The position numbers and the translations under genes were made by a program. Source: Candidatus Latescibacterota bacterium (GTDB lineage: Bacteria; Krumholzibacteriota; Krumholzibacteriia; WVZY01). From it: DNA of 64,000 nt. Positions 1-10,101 of this stretch are shown piece after piece. Every line of letters begins with the position of its first letter. The stretch's first letter is position 1. The notes under the pieces are model-generated. The model did no database searches. It had not been told where the DNA came from and saw only the letters and a program-made list of their open reading frames with translations. The DNA is taken from assembly GCA_963791045.1 (NCBI GenBank), contig CAWBQK010000017.1:314142-378141 (forward strand), written 5' to 3'.

Positions 1-172
1 AAATATCCAGGTTGAACGCGCGGTTCTGTCCGGAGAGACGAGCCTCGATCAGCTCGCCGATAAACTCTTTTTTCATGAATTCTTCCGGGCCGTGCAGAAA
101 GTAGACCTGGTGGTTTGAGCCCGTTTTGAGCTGCTCAAAGAGTTTCTTGTAGAGTTGAAGTGTGCGTCCCAT
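1..172 (-). CDS. holA: DNA polymerase III delta subunit, N-terminal part (runs off window start)
   Basis: Manual translation from ATG at 172: MGRTLQLYKKLFEQLKTGSNHQVYFLHGPEEFMKKEFIGELIEARLSGQNRAFNLDI. The VYFLHG.E.F and FNLD motifs are typical of HolA, and the gene lies directly downstream of lptE. Confidence 0.85.
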   Translation of the reverse strand, partial: MGRTLQLYKKLFEQLKTGSNHQVYFLHGPEEFMKKEFIGELIEARLSGQNRAFNLDI

Positions 173-184
173 CGTCCCGCCGCA

Positions 185-685
185 TTACCAATCCGAGACC
201 GTAAGGCTCAGTATCCTGTCGGTGATTTCTTTCAGAGATTCCGTAAGCGCGTCGTCGTATGTAAAACCCGGCTCTTGTGACCCCGCGAAATATGATCCAT
301 CGCCCTTTATCGTCTTGTTCTCCCAGATCGCGGAGTTCGTCATCCGGTTGAACAACGTGGCCTGAAGGGTTACGACAACGTGATATTCCTCGGCATTGAG
401 CTCGGTATTAAAAGAAAACGGCCGGTTGACAAATCCAACAAGAGTGCCTTCCAGTACGGCGTCGGCGTTGCCTTCATCGGTAACACTCAGCGTGTTGTCT
501 TCGATGAGTAGCCGCACTATCGTTTCCGTAACGAAGATCTCGATGTTGGGTTCCGAAGTCTTGTTCTCGAAGAACAACACCGCGATCGACTTGATATCCT
601 TGGCCGTCTTTGATTTCGTGCTGTAGTATCCGCACCCCGTATTGACGAGAAGCACAACGCAGAGTGCCGCCAGGTAAATTCTCAT
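185..685 (-). CDS. lptE: LPS assembly lipoprotein LptE family
   Basis: Lipoprotein signal (NTG-C), IKSIAVLFFENKT and ADAVLEG motifs, C-terminal W, and the conserved position before holA. Confidence 0.8.
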   Translation of the reverse strand: MRIYLAALCVVLLVNTGCGYYSTKSKTAKDIKSIAVLFFENKTSEPNIEIFVTETIVRLLIEDNTLSVTDEGNADAVLEGTLVGFVNRPFSFNTELNAEEYHVVVTLQATLFNRMTNSAIWENKTIKGDGSYFAGSQEPGFTYDDALTESLKEITDRILSLTVSDW

Positions 686-2109
686 TCGCCGGAGTCTTCC
701 TTCTCGTCGCCGAGGTCGTAGGCCTTCATCCGGTAACGGAGCTTATCCCGCTTCAGGTTGAGCAGTCTCGCCGTCTGGCTTTGATTCCAACGGGCTTGTT
801 CCGACGCCTTCACAATCATTTCGCGCTCGACTTCAGCCACCATCTGTTCGAATTCGATACCGTCTTCGGGGATGGGTTGGGACAACAGCTGGTCGATGCG
901 CTTGCCGATACTGCTGTCTTCCGGGCGCAGTGTGGAAAACGGCAGGTGCTCCGCCTTGAGCACGGTGTCGTTCTCAAGGAGAACGATTCGTTCGATGGTG
1001 TTCTTGAGTTCGCGGATGTTTCCCGGCCAGTGGTAGTCGTACATCAATTGCTGCGCGCCCTCGTTAATATCCTCAAAGGATTTGTGGAACTTCTTATTGA
1101 AATGGTTGACAAAGTACTTTGTAAAACCGAGCAGGTCTTCTTTGCGTTCGCGCAGCGGCGGCACGAAGACCGGCACGACCTTCAAGCGGTAGTACAGATC
1201 CGCCCGGAAGCGATTTTCCTCGACCTCGGTCTTGAGATCACGGTTTGTCGCGCTGACTATCCGCACACTGACGTGTATATCGGTGGTGCCGCCGACGCGT
1301 CGGAAAACCATCCTTTCCAGGACACGGAGCAATTTCACCTGGATGGTAAGACTCATTTCGCCGATTTCGTCGAGAAAGAGCGTCCCACGGTTGGCCAGCT
1401 CGAGGAGGCCCTGCTTCTGTGTCTTCGCATCGGTGAACGAGCCTTTCTCGTGACCGAACAATTCGCTTTCAAGCAGCTGCTCGGGAAGCGAGGCACAGTT
1501 GATATCCATAAAGGGCTTATCGGCGCGGTTGCTGAACTTGTGAACGAGTCGGGCGATCATTTCCTTTCCGACTCCGCTCTCGCCTTCGATCAACACTGTG
1601 GTCGTGTCGCTCGTGGCGACCTGCTGAACCATCTCGTAAACTTTTTTCATCGACTTGCTGTCGCCAAGGATGTACTCGAAACCTTCGCCGATATCCATCT
1701 GGCGTTTGAGCTGAAGAACCTCGCGGCTGAGTCGCCGGCTTTCGAGCCCCTTTTTCATGATCATGAGCAGCTGGTCGAGGTTGATCGGCTTGCTGACAAA
1801 ATCAAAAGCGCCTTCCTTCATCGCCTGGACCGCGGTTTCGATATCGCCAAAAGCCGTGATCATAACCACGCAGATCTCGGGGAATACCGCCTTGATCCTG
1901 TGGAGGACCTCGATACCGTCTATGTCCGGGAGTTTCAGGTCAAGAAGGATGAGATCGGGAATGACTTTCTTCGCGACCTCAACGGCTTCGAGTCCGTCTT
2001 TAGCCGTGTGGGCTTCGTAGCCTTCCTGGACGAGTGTTTTCTCGAGAAAAAATCGAATCGAGTCCTGGTCATCGACTAGAAGGATGACTGACTTCGCTGG
2101 AGTCTCCAT
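682..2109 (-). CDS. Sigma-54-dependent response regulator (REC-AAA+-HTH, NtrC/AtoC family)
   Basis: Receiver domain (LVDD, LLDLKLP, KP), Walker A GESGVGKE, GSFTDA loop, FLDEIGE, WPGNIRELKN and a C-terminal Fis-type HTH. Confidence 0.95.
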   Translation of the reverse strand: METPAKSVILLVDDQDSIRFFLEKTLVQEGYEAHTAKDGLEAVEVAKKVIPDLILLDLKLPDIDGIEVLHRIKAVFPEICVVMITAFGDIETAVQAMKEGAFDFVSKPINLDQLLMIMKKGLESRRLSREVLQLKRQMDIGEGFEYILGDSKSMKKVYEMVQQVATSDTTTVLIEGESGVGKEMIARLVHKFSNRADKPFMDINCASLPEQLLESELFGHEKGSFTDAKTQKQGLLELANRGTLFLDEIGEMSLTIQVKLLRVLERMVFRRVGGTTDIHVSVRIVSATNRDLKTEVEENRFRADLYYRLKVVPVFVPPLRERKEDLLGFTKYFVNHFNKKFHKSFEDINEGAQQLMYDYHWPGNIRELKNTIERIVLLENDTVLKAEHLPFSTLRPEDSSIGKRIDQLLSQPIPEDGIEFEQMVAEVEREMIVKASEQARWNQSQTARLLNLKRDKLRYRMKAYDLGDEKEDSGE

Positions 2110-4168
2110 ACTGAACCTTCTCTATTGGGAGATAGACGCTGAAAACCGACCCTTGGTCTTTTGTGCTTTCTACAAACAGGTAACCGCCGTGGCGCTCGAT
2201 GAGGCTGTGAGACACGTATAAGCCGAGGCCTGTTCCTTCGTGTTTCGTCGTATAAAATGGCTCAAAGATCTTGCTCTTTTCCTCTTCCGTAAACCCAACC
2301 CCTTCATCCACGACTTCGATAATAACGAAATCACGATACTCGTCAAACAAAACATCGTTGACGTCATCGGGGAACCGGACGCGAACCTCGACCTTGCCGC
2401 CGTTCTCGCTCGCTTCGACGGCGTTTTTCAGAAGGTTTATCATTACCTGTGAAATCCTGTCCGAATCCGCCATTATCGGCCGGGTATTCTCCGGTATATC
2501 GGATTGAACGACAATTCCCTTCTTTTCGGCCGTGTCCTTTACGCTCGATATTCCGTTGCGAACTATCGTGGCCACGTCCGTCGGATGCTGTAGGAGCTCT
2601 TTTACCTGTATGACGTTCAGGATATCGCTGATGAGCCTGTCGATCCTGTTAACCTCGCTGAGGATGAACGCGATGTTGTCGTTGTGCTCGACCGCGATCC
2701 CACCAGCTCGTTTCAGATATTCGAGTCCGGCAACGATGCCGGTCAGCGGGTTTCTAATCTCGTGGGCCATGCTCGACGAAAATCGTCCCAAAGCGGCGAG
2801 TTTGTCGAGATGTATGATTTTCTCCTCCATGCGCTTGATACGCGTGATATCGAGGAAAACCGCAATGGTGCCCTGGATCCTCTTCTCCTCATCGACGAGA
2901 AGTGAGGTGTTGAGCATGATGGGAAGCTTGCTGCCGTCTTTCTTGACGAGCAATACTTCCCTCTGGAATACCTTTTCTCCACGTCCCAGTGTTCGCGTAA
3001 CCGGGCCCGCGGTCTCCCCGACCTTCTGGTCGACGATTATCTCGTCGATTAGCATTCCCTTTAGTTCTTCCCCGCGATAACCGGTTAGGCGTTCGGCCAT
3101 TTCGTTGACGAGGAGGATTGTACCCTGCACATCGGCCGTGATGAGTCCGTTCATCATGCTGTTGATAACGTCGTCTCGAAAACTTTCTTCATACTGAAGC
3201 TCGGTGTAGAGCTGCGCGTTTTCGAGAAGAGTGCTGATCTGGAGTGCCAATGTTTCGACGGCGACCAGGTCCACCTGACTGAGAACAGCGGCTTTGAATC
3301 CGTCGGTGACACCAACGACACCGAGCACGGGCAAGCGACCGCACGAGGGGCAGATGCCATCTTCGGCGGATGACGGATCGGGTGATGGCGTCAGCGTCAT
3401 CGCGCTCTTACGCAATCCATCCGGTTCGTTCTTGAGAAGACAATCCTCGGCTTTCCAACAGTGCTGCGAAAACGTGCTCTTCACCATCGGTACGATAAGA
3501 TAGGATTTCATCGTACTGTCCTCAAAGATCGGATCGTTCGCCGTCATCCCGATGGGGTGCATCTCCGCGTCTTTTATGAGTACGGGTTTGCGGGTCACAA
3601 TAGATTTGCGGATTATTCCCTCGAGGTCCTCGAGCTTTACCGTACGTTCTTCCTGTTTGGTCTCGCCAAAAGCCTCTCGAAATGTATACAAATGGAACGC
3701 CCGCTTCTCCTGGTCGAAGATCCCAACGAAAATCTCCTTGAACCCAAGGCCTTTGGCCAAAAAGCTCTGGACCGAGTCAACAATTCTCGGTTCGTTCAAA
3801 GATGAAATGATGGTCAGGCTGATCTCTTTGAGACTGAGCAGCTGAATGTTCTTCTCGACGAGCTGGTAGCACTTCTCTTCAAGTTCAGCGGTGACATCCT
3901 TGAGTGTGGTGATGAGAAGTTCGTCGATGTCTCTCGACTTTATGTGGTCCGAGCTCGGAAGACTCTCTATCTGCGCGGCGCGGGCGCTATCGACGATCGA
4001 TCGATAGCGCGCACGTTTCAAGCGGTTGGCGACCCAAAGATGCGCCAGCGACACCAGAAAGGCGATCGGAATGAATATCCAGGGACTGAGTAAACTCGCA
4101 AGAATGGCGAGCCCCGCCGTGTATATACACACGTGGACCACGATTTGTCTTTTTGATAGAAATAGCAT
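2069..4168 (-). CDS. Membrane sensor histidine kinase (2 TM, GAF, PAS, HisKA, HATPase)
   Basis: N-terminal hydrophobic segments, GAF-like region ending LENAQLY, PAS (NEMAERLTGY...DIT), H-box AHEIRNPL, N-box NLLKNAVEA, G-boxes DEGVG and GTGLGL. Overlaps the regulator gene. Confidence 0.93.
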   Translation of the reverse strand: MLFLSKRQIVVHVCIYTAGLAILASLLSPWIFIPIAFLVSLAHLWVANRLKRARYRSIVDSARAAQIESLPSSDHIKSRDIDELLITTLKDVTAELEEKCYQLVEKNIQLLSLKEISLTIISSLNEPRIVDSVQSFLAKGLGFKEIFVGIFDQEKRAFHLYTFREAFGETKQEERTVKLEDLEGIIRKSIVTRKPVLIKDAEMHPIGMTANDPIFEDSTMKSYLIVPMVKSTFSQHCWKAEDCLLKNEPDGLRKSAMTLTPSPDPSSAEDGICPSCGRLPVLGVVGVTDGFKAAVLSQVDLVAVETLALQISTLLENAQLYTELQYEESFRDDVINSMMNGLITADVQGTILLVNEMAERLTGYRGEELKGMLIDEIIVDQKVGETAGPVTRTLGRGEKVFQREVLLVKKDGSKLPIMLNTSLLVDEEKRIQGTIAVFLDITRIKRMEEKIIHLDKLAALGRFSSSMAHEIRNPLTGIVAGLEYLKRAGGIAVEHNDNIAFILSEVNRIDRLISDILNVIQVKELLQHPTDVATIVRNGISSVKDTAEKKGIVVQSDIPENTRPIMADSDRISQVMINLLKNAVEASENGGKVEVRVRFPDDVNDVLFDEYRDFVIIEVVDEGVGFTEEEKSKIFEPFYTTKHEGTGLGLYVSHSLIERHGGYLFVESTKDQGSVFSVYLPIEKVQYGDSSEVSHPSSR

Positions 4169-4263
4169 AAAAACCTTATCGCAAGTCTACAACCGTCGAA
4201 ACCCCGGCGTCAAGACAACGAACGCGTCGACCGCGACCCGGCGTGTTCGTGTATTATATGTCA

Positions 4264-4276
4264 TATCAATAGGTTG
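4264..4276. promoter_or_regulatory. Possible IHF-type binding site upstream of the kinase
   Basis: TATCAATAGGTTG matches WATCAA-N4-TTR. The motif is short and could occur by chance. Confidence 0.3.
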
Positions 4277-4285
4277 CGAATCCAG

Positions 4286-5467
4286 TTACAAAACGAGGTA
4301 CTCGGGCGCTATGCCCATACCTCCGAGGGTCGCCTCAATCTCGTCTTTATAGACAGGATTTACGATGATCACGGTATCCGGTTTGATGTCCGCCAATCGC
4401 TCCGGAGCCACAATCTCCTGTCCGGCGCCGGCAATGTACATCCCGTGCTTTTTCGGATTGATGTCCACGACATGCTCGATAAAACCGGTCGACGCGAACA
4501 GATTCAAGAACGTAATTCCCTTCGATCCGCCGCCCCACACAACGACTTTCTTATCGGACGACTCAAGTTGTTCGAGCGTGCGCCGCCATTGCTCTACGTA
4601 TGCTCTATAGCCGCGGGTGAAACGGTCGATGACCGTTCCCATCGAGGGCTTCGGCGGGTTTACGGGCAAGCTCCCGGTTTTCGACACTCGCCCACCGCCG
4701 ACCCTTGCTTCGATACACAAAAACTGACCGGAGAAGGTCTCATAAGTTTTGTCGACATCAAACCCGGCACGCTCGAAAACAAACCGGAGCGAACAATCGG
4801 TAAAATATGCGGTGTGCTCGTAGATGATGTCCCAGATAAACAGATTCTCAAGTGTGTACAAGCCGTTCGGAACTTCAAAGAAGATCGGAATGCCGGGACT
4901 GGCATCAAGCGATTGGCGCAACGGCCCCAGCATCGTCATGGGGTCCCAGATGTGTTCCAGCGTATGACGTGAGCACAAGAAATCAACGCCCACGTCGGAA
5001 TACGCGTCCGAAAAGTAATCTCGTATGATGCGAACGCCGGTTGGTTGATCCACAAGACTGTCATCGGGTGCGCTCGGATCAAATCCGTAACCTTTGTTAT
5101 TCCCACGCTCGCAAATAAGGCGAAGGAACGTCCCATCGCCACACCCCACTTCGACGATTGACTTTTCGCGAAGATCAAAATCGTCAATTAGACGATCGGT
5201 GAGTTGTTCCGCATACGACCGAAAGACGGTCGAATGGTGGAGGGCGTTTTCGTACCCTTCTCCGTACTCCAGTTTTTGGGGATCAAAAGCCGTGTTGACG
5301 ATCATGTCGCAGACACCACACACACCGAGGATGATATCGCCCCTCGGGCATCCCAGCGCCTCCTCGTGAGAACGGTACAAAAAGTTAATTTGTGTCGGAG
5401 TATTCCGCGACTCATAAATAATCGTCTGGTCACCGGAACCACATACAGGACACTTCGAAGCAGTCAC
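4286..5467 (-). CDS. SAM-dependent methyltransferase with C-methyltransferase C-terminal domain (NDP-sugar C-methyltransferase-like)
   Basis: Zn-site CPVC...CGVC, EVGCGDG SAM motif, HTLEH, IYEHTAYF, WGGGSKG and VDINPKK C-terminal domain. Confidence 0.85.
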   Translation of the reverse strand: MTASKCPVCGSGDQTIIYESRNTPTQINFLYRSHEEALGCPRGDIILGVCGVCDMIVNTAFDPQKLEYGEGYENALHHSTVFRSYAEQLTDRLIDDFDLREKSIVEVGCGDGTFLRLICERGNNKGYGFDPSAPDDSLVDQPTGVRIIRDYFSDAYSDVGVDFLCSRHTLEHIWDPMTMLGPLRQSLDASPGIPIFFEVPNGLYTLENLFIWDIIYEHTAYFTDCSLRFVFERAGFDVDKTYETFSGQFLCIEARVGGGRVSKTGSLPVNPPKPSMGTVIDRFTRGYRAYVEQWRRTLEQLESSDKKVVVWGGGSKGITFLNLFASTGFIEHVVDINPKKHGMYIAGAGQEIVAPERLADIKPDTVIIVNPVYKDEIEATLGGMGIAPEYLVL

Positions 5468-5493
5468 TTTGCGTTACTCCCCAACAGCGTGTG

Positions 5494-6675
5494 TCAAACG
5501 GTCATGATTCTGGGTGTGACACCCATGCCCGAAATCATCGTCGAGATCTCATCCTTATAGACGGGATTCATCACTATGACGGCATCAGGTTGATATTCGG
5601 CGACGAATTCGGGCGGCATGATCTCTTTTACCACGCCGGCTATGAATTTGCCGTGACGCCGGGGGTTGATATCGACAACACCGGCGATCTCCTCGTCCAC
5701 GCCCAACGTCGTAAGAAACGCCACACACTTCGATCCCGATCCCCAGATAACGGGCCGTTTTCCAGACGATCCAAGCTCGGTCAGTGTGCGCTTCCAGGCT
5801 GCGCGTTGATCGGCGATTCCGGCCGCGAATCCATCCACCCACGCCTCGAGCGTGTCAACCGACTCTTCCAACGGGTGTACTTTTTCGGAGGGGGCGTCCA
5901 CGGGTTTCGCGTCGATCAGCAGGTACTGGTTATCGTACTCGAGGTAAATGTCGAGAACTTCAAAACCACATTCGCGAAAAAGCCGCGCAAGAGAACCGGG
6001 GCTGAAATACGAACAGTGTTCGTAGTACACATCCCAAAATACGATATCGCGGAGGACGATGCCGACGTCCGGGATCTCAAAAAACACGACCGTGTCGAGG
6101 CGATCGCCTATCGATTTGCGCACCGTTCGTACGAAGTCTCTCGTCGGGTGAATATGCTCAAGAGTGTGCCGGCACATCACAAAGTCGCCGTTGTAGTGTG
6201 AATATTTCTCGGAATAATAGTCCTGGACGATATTTATGCGGTCTTTCGCCGGGCTGTCGATCCTGTCCTTGACGCAGGCCGGGTCGATACCGACTCCCTG
6301 GTTGCCCCCGACCTCGCACATGAGGGCGAGAAAATCACCTTTGCCGCACCCGACCTCCATTATGTTCTTGTTACGAACGTCGTATTTGTCTGTGAGGCTC
6401 TCCGCGAGTTTTCGAGCAAAAGCGTTAAAGGTCGGCGAATAACACTGCTGATCCTCGTAAAGCGGCGAATAGTCTTGCCCGCTGGCGTCAAACGCCATGT
6501 TGGACACGAATCCGCAGCGACGGCAAACACCGAGTTCGATACGGCCGGTTGGAAATTCCCGCGCTTCCTTTTCGCTCGAAAACATGAGACAACTGTGCAC
6601 CGGGACTTTATCGACCTTGTAGAACGACCTCATCCCTTCGGTACCGCAGCTCGGACACATTGTCGTAAGTTTCAT
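5494..6675 (-). CDS. SAM-dependent methyltransferase, C-methyltransferase-like paralog
   Basis: Likely start ATG 6675 (MKLTTMCPSC). CxxC...CxxC, EVGCGKG, HTLEH, YYEHCSYF and WGSGSK; clearly paralogous to 4286..5467. Confidence 0.85.
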   Translation of the reverse strand: MKLTTMCPSCGTEGMRSFYKVDKVPVHSCLMFSSEKEAREFPTGRIELGVCRRCGFVSNMAFDASGQDYSPLYEDQQCYSPTFNAFARKLAESLTDKYDVRNKNIMEVGCGKGDFLALMCEVGGNQGVGIDPACVKDRIDSPAKDRINIVQDYYSEKYSHYNGDFVMCRHTLEHIHPTRDFVRTVRKSIGDRLDTVVFFEIPDVGIVLRDIVFWDVYYEHCSYFSPGSLARLFRECGFEVLDIYLEYDNQYLLIDAKPVDAPSEKVHPLEESVDTLEAWVDGFAAGIADQRAAWKRTLTELGSSGKRPVIWGSGSKCVAFLTTLGVDEEIAGVVDINPRRHGKFIAGVVKEIMPPEFVAEYQPDAVIVMNPVYKDEISTMISGMGVTPRIMTV

Positions 6676-6715
6676 TTGATGTTCCGTTGAATGTGTTTGC
6701 GGGTGGGGTGGCCGC

Positions 6716-7984
6716 TCAAGAATTTGAATCGTTCTCGACCGGCCCGTCGTAAGCCCACTTCCCCGGCATGTAAACAACACCGAAGCGGCTTTCCATGCCT
6801 TTGCCCGTGCCGTATGGATCCGCCGACTCGACATCGAGCGCGACGCAGTGATCGAGGGCATCGTACTTCACGCCGCCAAAACTTGACAACCACAACGAGA
6901 CGAAATATCGCGAAGGCATCACGTTGAGACAATCGAGTGTCAAGTCGATGTGGCCCTTACCCCGGGGAATCGAGGGGATCTCCAAACCGGTGGCCCAGGT
7001 GCTGATCGTAGTGACCAGCGTCCCCACATCGGTGAATATTTTGAAACCAAAATGCGGCCGGGTGATTTCCTCGTACGCCTCGAAGTAGAGTCGCACACGA
7101 AGCTGGTCGCCGCTTTGCACCAAAAGCATCGGGCGTCCGTCCGCGTCGATGAACTCTATGCCGGTGTAGCGGATGGCTCCGTTGCCCCCGCGGCTCTCTA
7201 TTGTACTCAGGTCATAACCCGCCTGGCGGCTTGCCGCAAACATGGACAGATACGACCTTATTACGGTTTCGGAATCTCCGTCCTGACTGAACCTTTCCAC
7301 CTTCGATCCAGATCGCTCTAGGGCAAAGATTCTCGACCGCGGCCATGTTGTGCGACACGAAGAGGACCGTCCGTCCTCCCATTCTCAGATCGTCCATCGC
7401 CTTGAGGCATTTCTTTTGAAACTCGGCATCGCCGACTGCGAGCACCTCGTCGACAAAAAGAACGTCGGGGTCGAGATGAGCCGCGACGCCAAACCCAACC
7501 TGAGCTTCATCCCCGTCGAGTATCTCTTGATAGGGGTATCCACGAATTTCTCCACCCCGGCGAAATCGATTATCTGATCCATCTTCGCGACGATCTCTTT
7601 GCGCCTCATCCCAAGGATCGATCCGTTCAAAAAGATGTTTTCACGCCCGGTGAGTTCCTCGTGAAAACCGGTTCCCACCTCGAGAAGTGACGCGACGCGT
7701 CCGTGCACTGTAATGCTCCCGGTCGTGGGATATGTAATTCTCGAAAGGACCTTGAGAAGCGTACTCTTCCCCGCCCCATTGCGTCCGATTATTCCGACGA
7801 CCTCACCCTCATCAACATTGAACTCGACATCTTTTAAAGCCCAAATCAACTCTTTTTCTCTTCGGAGTTTCTTGAGCGGGTTTTTGAAAAAACTCACTAT
7901 CGCTTCGCGAAGCATCGTCTCGTGCTGGAGCTGCCCAAGCTGATACTGTTTTGACAAGTTTTCTACAACAATGGAGTGTGTCAT
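6716..7984 (-). CDS. wzt: Polysaccharide ABC transporter ATPase with C-terminal Wzt_C-like domain (split by 2 frameshifts near 7495 and 7290)
   Basis: GRNGAGKST, YSTGMKLRL, then DEVLAVGDAEFQKKC and VSHNM in the next frame, then a Wzt C-terminal beta domain in a third frame. Confidence 0.88.
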
Positions 7985-8007
7985 GTTTCAATTCCCGGAA
8001 AGTCCGG

Positions 8008-8802
8008 TTAAATGATATCCGCGAATTCCCGCTCTGTTTTGGAGAAGTAAAACGCTCCAAAAACAAAAATCAGAAGTGTAATTCCAACCGAAATGCCCAA
8101 CAAGGGCCAGTCGACGGATCGTGTGGGGAGCAATGACGCCCGAAACGCTTCTATAAGACCGGTGAGTGGGTTGAGGGAAAGCAGAAACTGGATTTTGCTG
8201 GACGCAATGCTCGTCGGATAAATAATCGGCGTTATAAAGAGAAGCGATTGAATAAAGAATGGAATCGCGTGCTTGATATCCCTGTACTTAACGTTCAATG
8301 CGGACAGGATCATCCCTATGCCGAGCGCGAGGAGCACCAGGGGAATGAGGAGCACCGGCCACAATAACAAGCCCCAGCCAAAGGGAATGTCATAGTACAC
8401 CATCATCCCGAGAAGGACGACGGATGCAATGGCAAAATCCACCAGGCCGCTCAGTGTCGATGCCGCGGGAAGGGCGACCCGCGGAAAATACACCCTTCTC
8501 ACCAGGTTCGCCCCGCCGACAAGACTGTTGCCTGAAAGTCTCAAAGAGGCGGAAAAATACGTCCATGGCAGGAGCGCCGCGTATGAGAAAATGGGGTACG
8601 GAACTCCATCGCTCGGCATTTTGGCCATTTTGCCGAAGAACAACGTAAAAATGATCATAGTAAAAAACGGCTGGATGATCGCCCAGCCGGCGCCGAGCAC
8701 CGTCTGTTTGTAACGGATCTTGATATCGCGCCAGACCAGGAAGAAAAACAACTCCCGGTAGTCCCAAAATTCTTTGATCCACGTGCCGATCATGTGCACC
8801 AC
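8008..8802 (-). CDS. wzm: Polysaccharide ABC transporter permease
   Basis: RDIKIRYKQTVLGAGWAIIQP, VYFPR, YRDIKH, TPIIYP, NPL and a FADII terminus; adjacent to wzt. Confidence 0.93.
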   Translation of the reverse strand: MVHMIGTWIKEFWDYRELFFFLVWRDIKIRYKQTVLGAGWAIIQPFFTMIIFTLFFGKMAKMPSDGVPYPIFSYAALLPWTYFSASLRLSGNSLVGGANLVRRVYFPRVALPAASTLSGLVDFAIASVVLLGMMVYYDIPFGWGLLLWPVLLIPLVLLALGIGMILSALNVKYRDIKHAIPFFIQSLLFITPIIYPTSIASSKIQFLLSLNPLTGLIEAFRASLLPTRSVDWPLLGISVGITLLIFVFGAFYFSKTEREFADII

Positions 8803-8845
8803 ATATCATGAAGTCCGGACATAGATTGAGGAAGCGCGAACACCG

Positions 8846-10075
8846 TCAAACAATTTTGGGGGATGGAATCGGAACGATAAACCGCCCGCCCCGATCCTTG
8901 TATTCGGCTTGTTGTTTTATAATTTCATCCGCGAAATTCCACGCGAGAACCAGCACGCACTCGGGGTTGTCCTCCAGAAGCGTTTGCGTCGGTCGAATCT
9001 CGATGTGATTTCCACCCATATAGCGTCCGTGCTTGAAACGATTCAGGTCCACGATGTAATCGAGATACTTTCCGTCGATCCCACAGTACGCGAGAAGTGT
9101 GGTCGCCTTGGCCGCCGCACCGTAACCTGCAATTCGCTTCCCTTCCGATCTAACCTGATCGAGAATTGTTATGAGTGACGTTTTGATCCCCTCAATACGT
9201 GCGGCGAAGTTATGGTAGTAAGCGAATTTCGTCATCCCGATTTCCGCTTCCTCACGCAGGCGGGACGACACCGACTCTTCGACTGCTTCGACGGGTTCGA
9301 CGAAGAGACGAAGCGAACCACCGTGGATCGGCAGATGCTTGACCCGGTTGAGATACAACCCGTGTTTGCGGAAGAGCCGATCGAGCGCAGTGACCGAAAA
9401 ATAACATAGGTGCTGGTGGTAAATCGTGTCGAATTCGCATTGTTCCATCAGATCACGAAGGTAAGGCGCTTCTATCACCGCGACGCCGTCATCCTTTATT
9501 AGCGTCGCGATGCCTGCGACGAAGCCGTTCAAATCTGGAACATGGGCGAGGACGTTATTAGCCAGGATGACATCGGCCTGTTTCCCCTGGTCCCGAAGCC
9601 GTCCGGCGAGATCCTTGGTAAAAAATGTACACATTGTGTCGACACCGATGTCCTGGGCGGCTTTGGCGGGGCCGTCGGCAGGATCGATGCCGAGCACCGG
9701 GATTCCTTGTTTGAGAAAATTCTTGAGAAGGTAACCGTCATTACTCGCGAGTTCGACGACCAGGCTGTCGGAGTCGAGTTTCCGTTCGGCGATCAGTTCT
9801 TCTGCGTTCTTTTTCGAGTGCTCGAGCAGCGCCGGTGACACGGATGAGAAGTATGGATAATCCTGACAGAAAAGGATTTCAGGATCGACACTAACCGTAA
9901 TTTGAACGAGGCAGCAGTGCGGACAAAAAACGAGATCGAGCGGCGCGGTAATTTCCGGATCGCCCAATTGATCGTCCGTGACCAGACGATCGGCCAGCGG
10001 CGTCTCGCCAAATGACAGTATCAACTCGAGACCGGTTTTTTCGCACAGGCGACATTTCAAATTTTCGAGTTTCAT
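8846..10075 (-). CDS. NDP-hexose C-methyltransferase-like protein
   Basis: CRLC...CPHC Zn site, ELASNDGYLL, NNVLAHVPD, FDTIYHQH, HGGSLR, GYGAAAKA and LAWNFADEI. Confidence 0.88.
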   Translation of the reverse strand: MKLENLKCRLCEKTGLELILSFGETPLADRLVTDDQLGDPEITAPLDLVFCPHCCLVQITVSVDPEILFCQDYPYFSSVSPALLEHSKKNAEELIAERKLDSDSLVVELASNDGYLLKNFLKQGIPVLGIDPADGPAKAAQDIGVDTMCTFFTKDLAGRLRDQGKQADVILANNVLAHVPDLNGFVAGIATLIKDDGVAVIEAPYLRDLMEQCEFDTIYHQHLCYFSVTALDRLFRKHGLYLNRVKHLPIHGGSLRLFVEPVEAVEESVSSRLREEAEIGMTKFAYYHNFAARIEGIKTSLITILDQVRSEGKRIAGYGAAAKATTLLAYCGIDGKYLDYIVDLNRFKHGRYMGGNHIEIRPTQTLLEDNPECVLVLAWNFADEIIKQQAEYKDRGGRFIVPIPSPKIV

Positions 10076-10101
10076 CGTTTCACCTTCCCCCGGGGATTCC
10101 T

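Noticed and set aside
664-2079. Long plus-strand ORF (471 aa), and similar long antisense ORFs at 49881..51092, 51289..52260, 57566..58459 and 62736..63995
   Set aside because: They lie antisense to well-supported genes and have no recognisable motifs; such shadow ORFs are expected in GC-rich coding DNA.
7212-7500. Programmed ribosomal frameshifting in wzt
   Set aside because: There is no canonical slippery heptamer with a downstream structure, and similar indels occur in many unrelated genes, which favours sequencing error.
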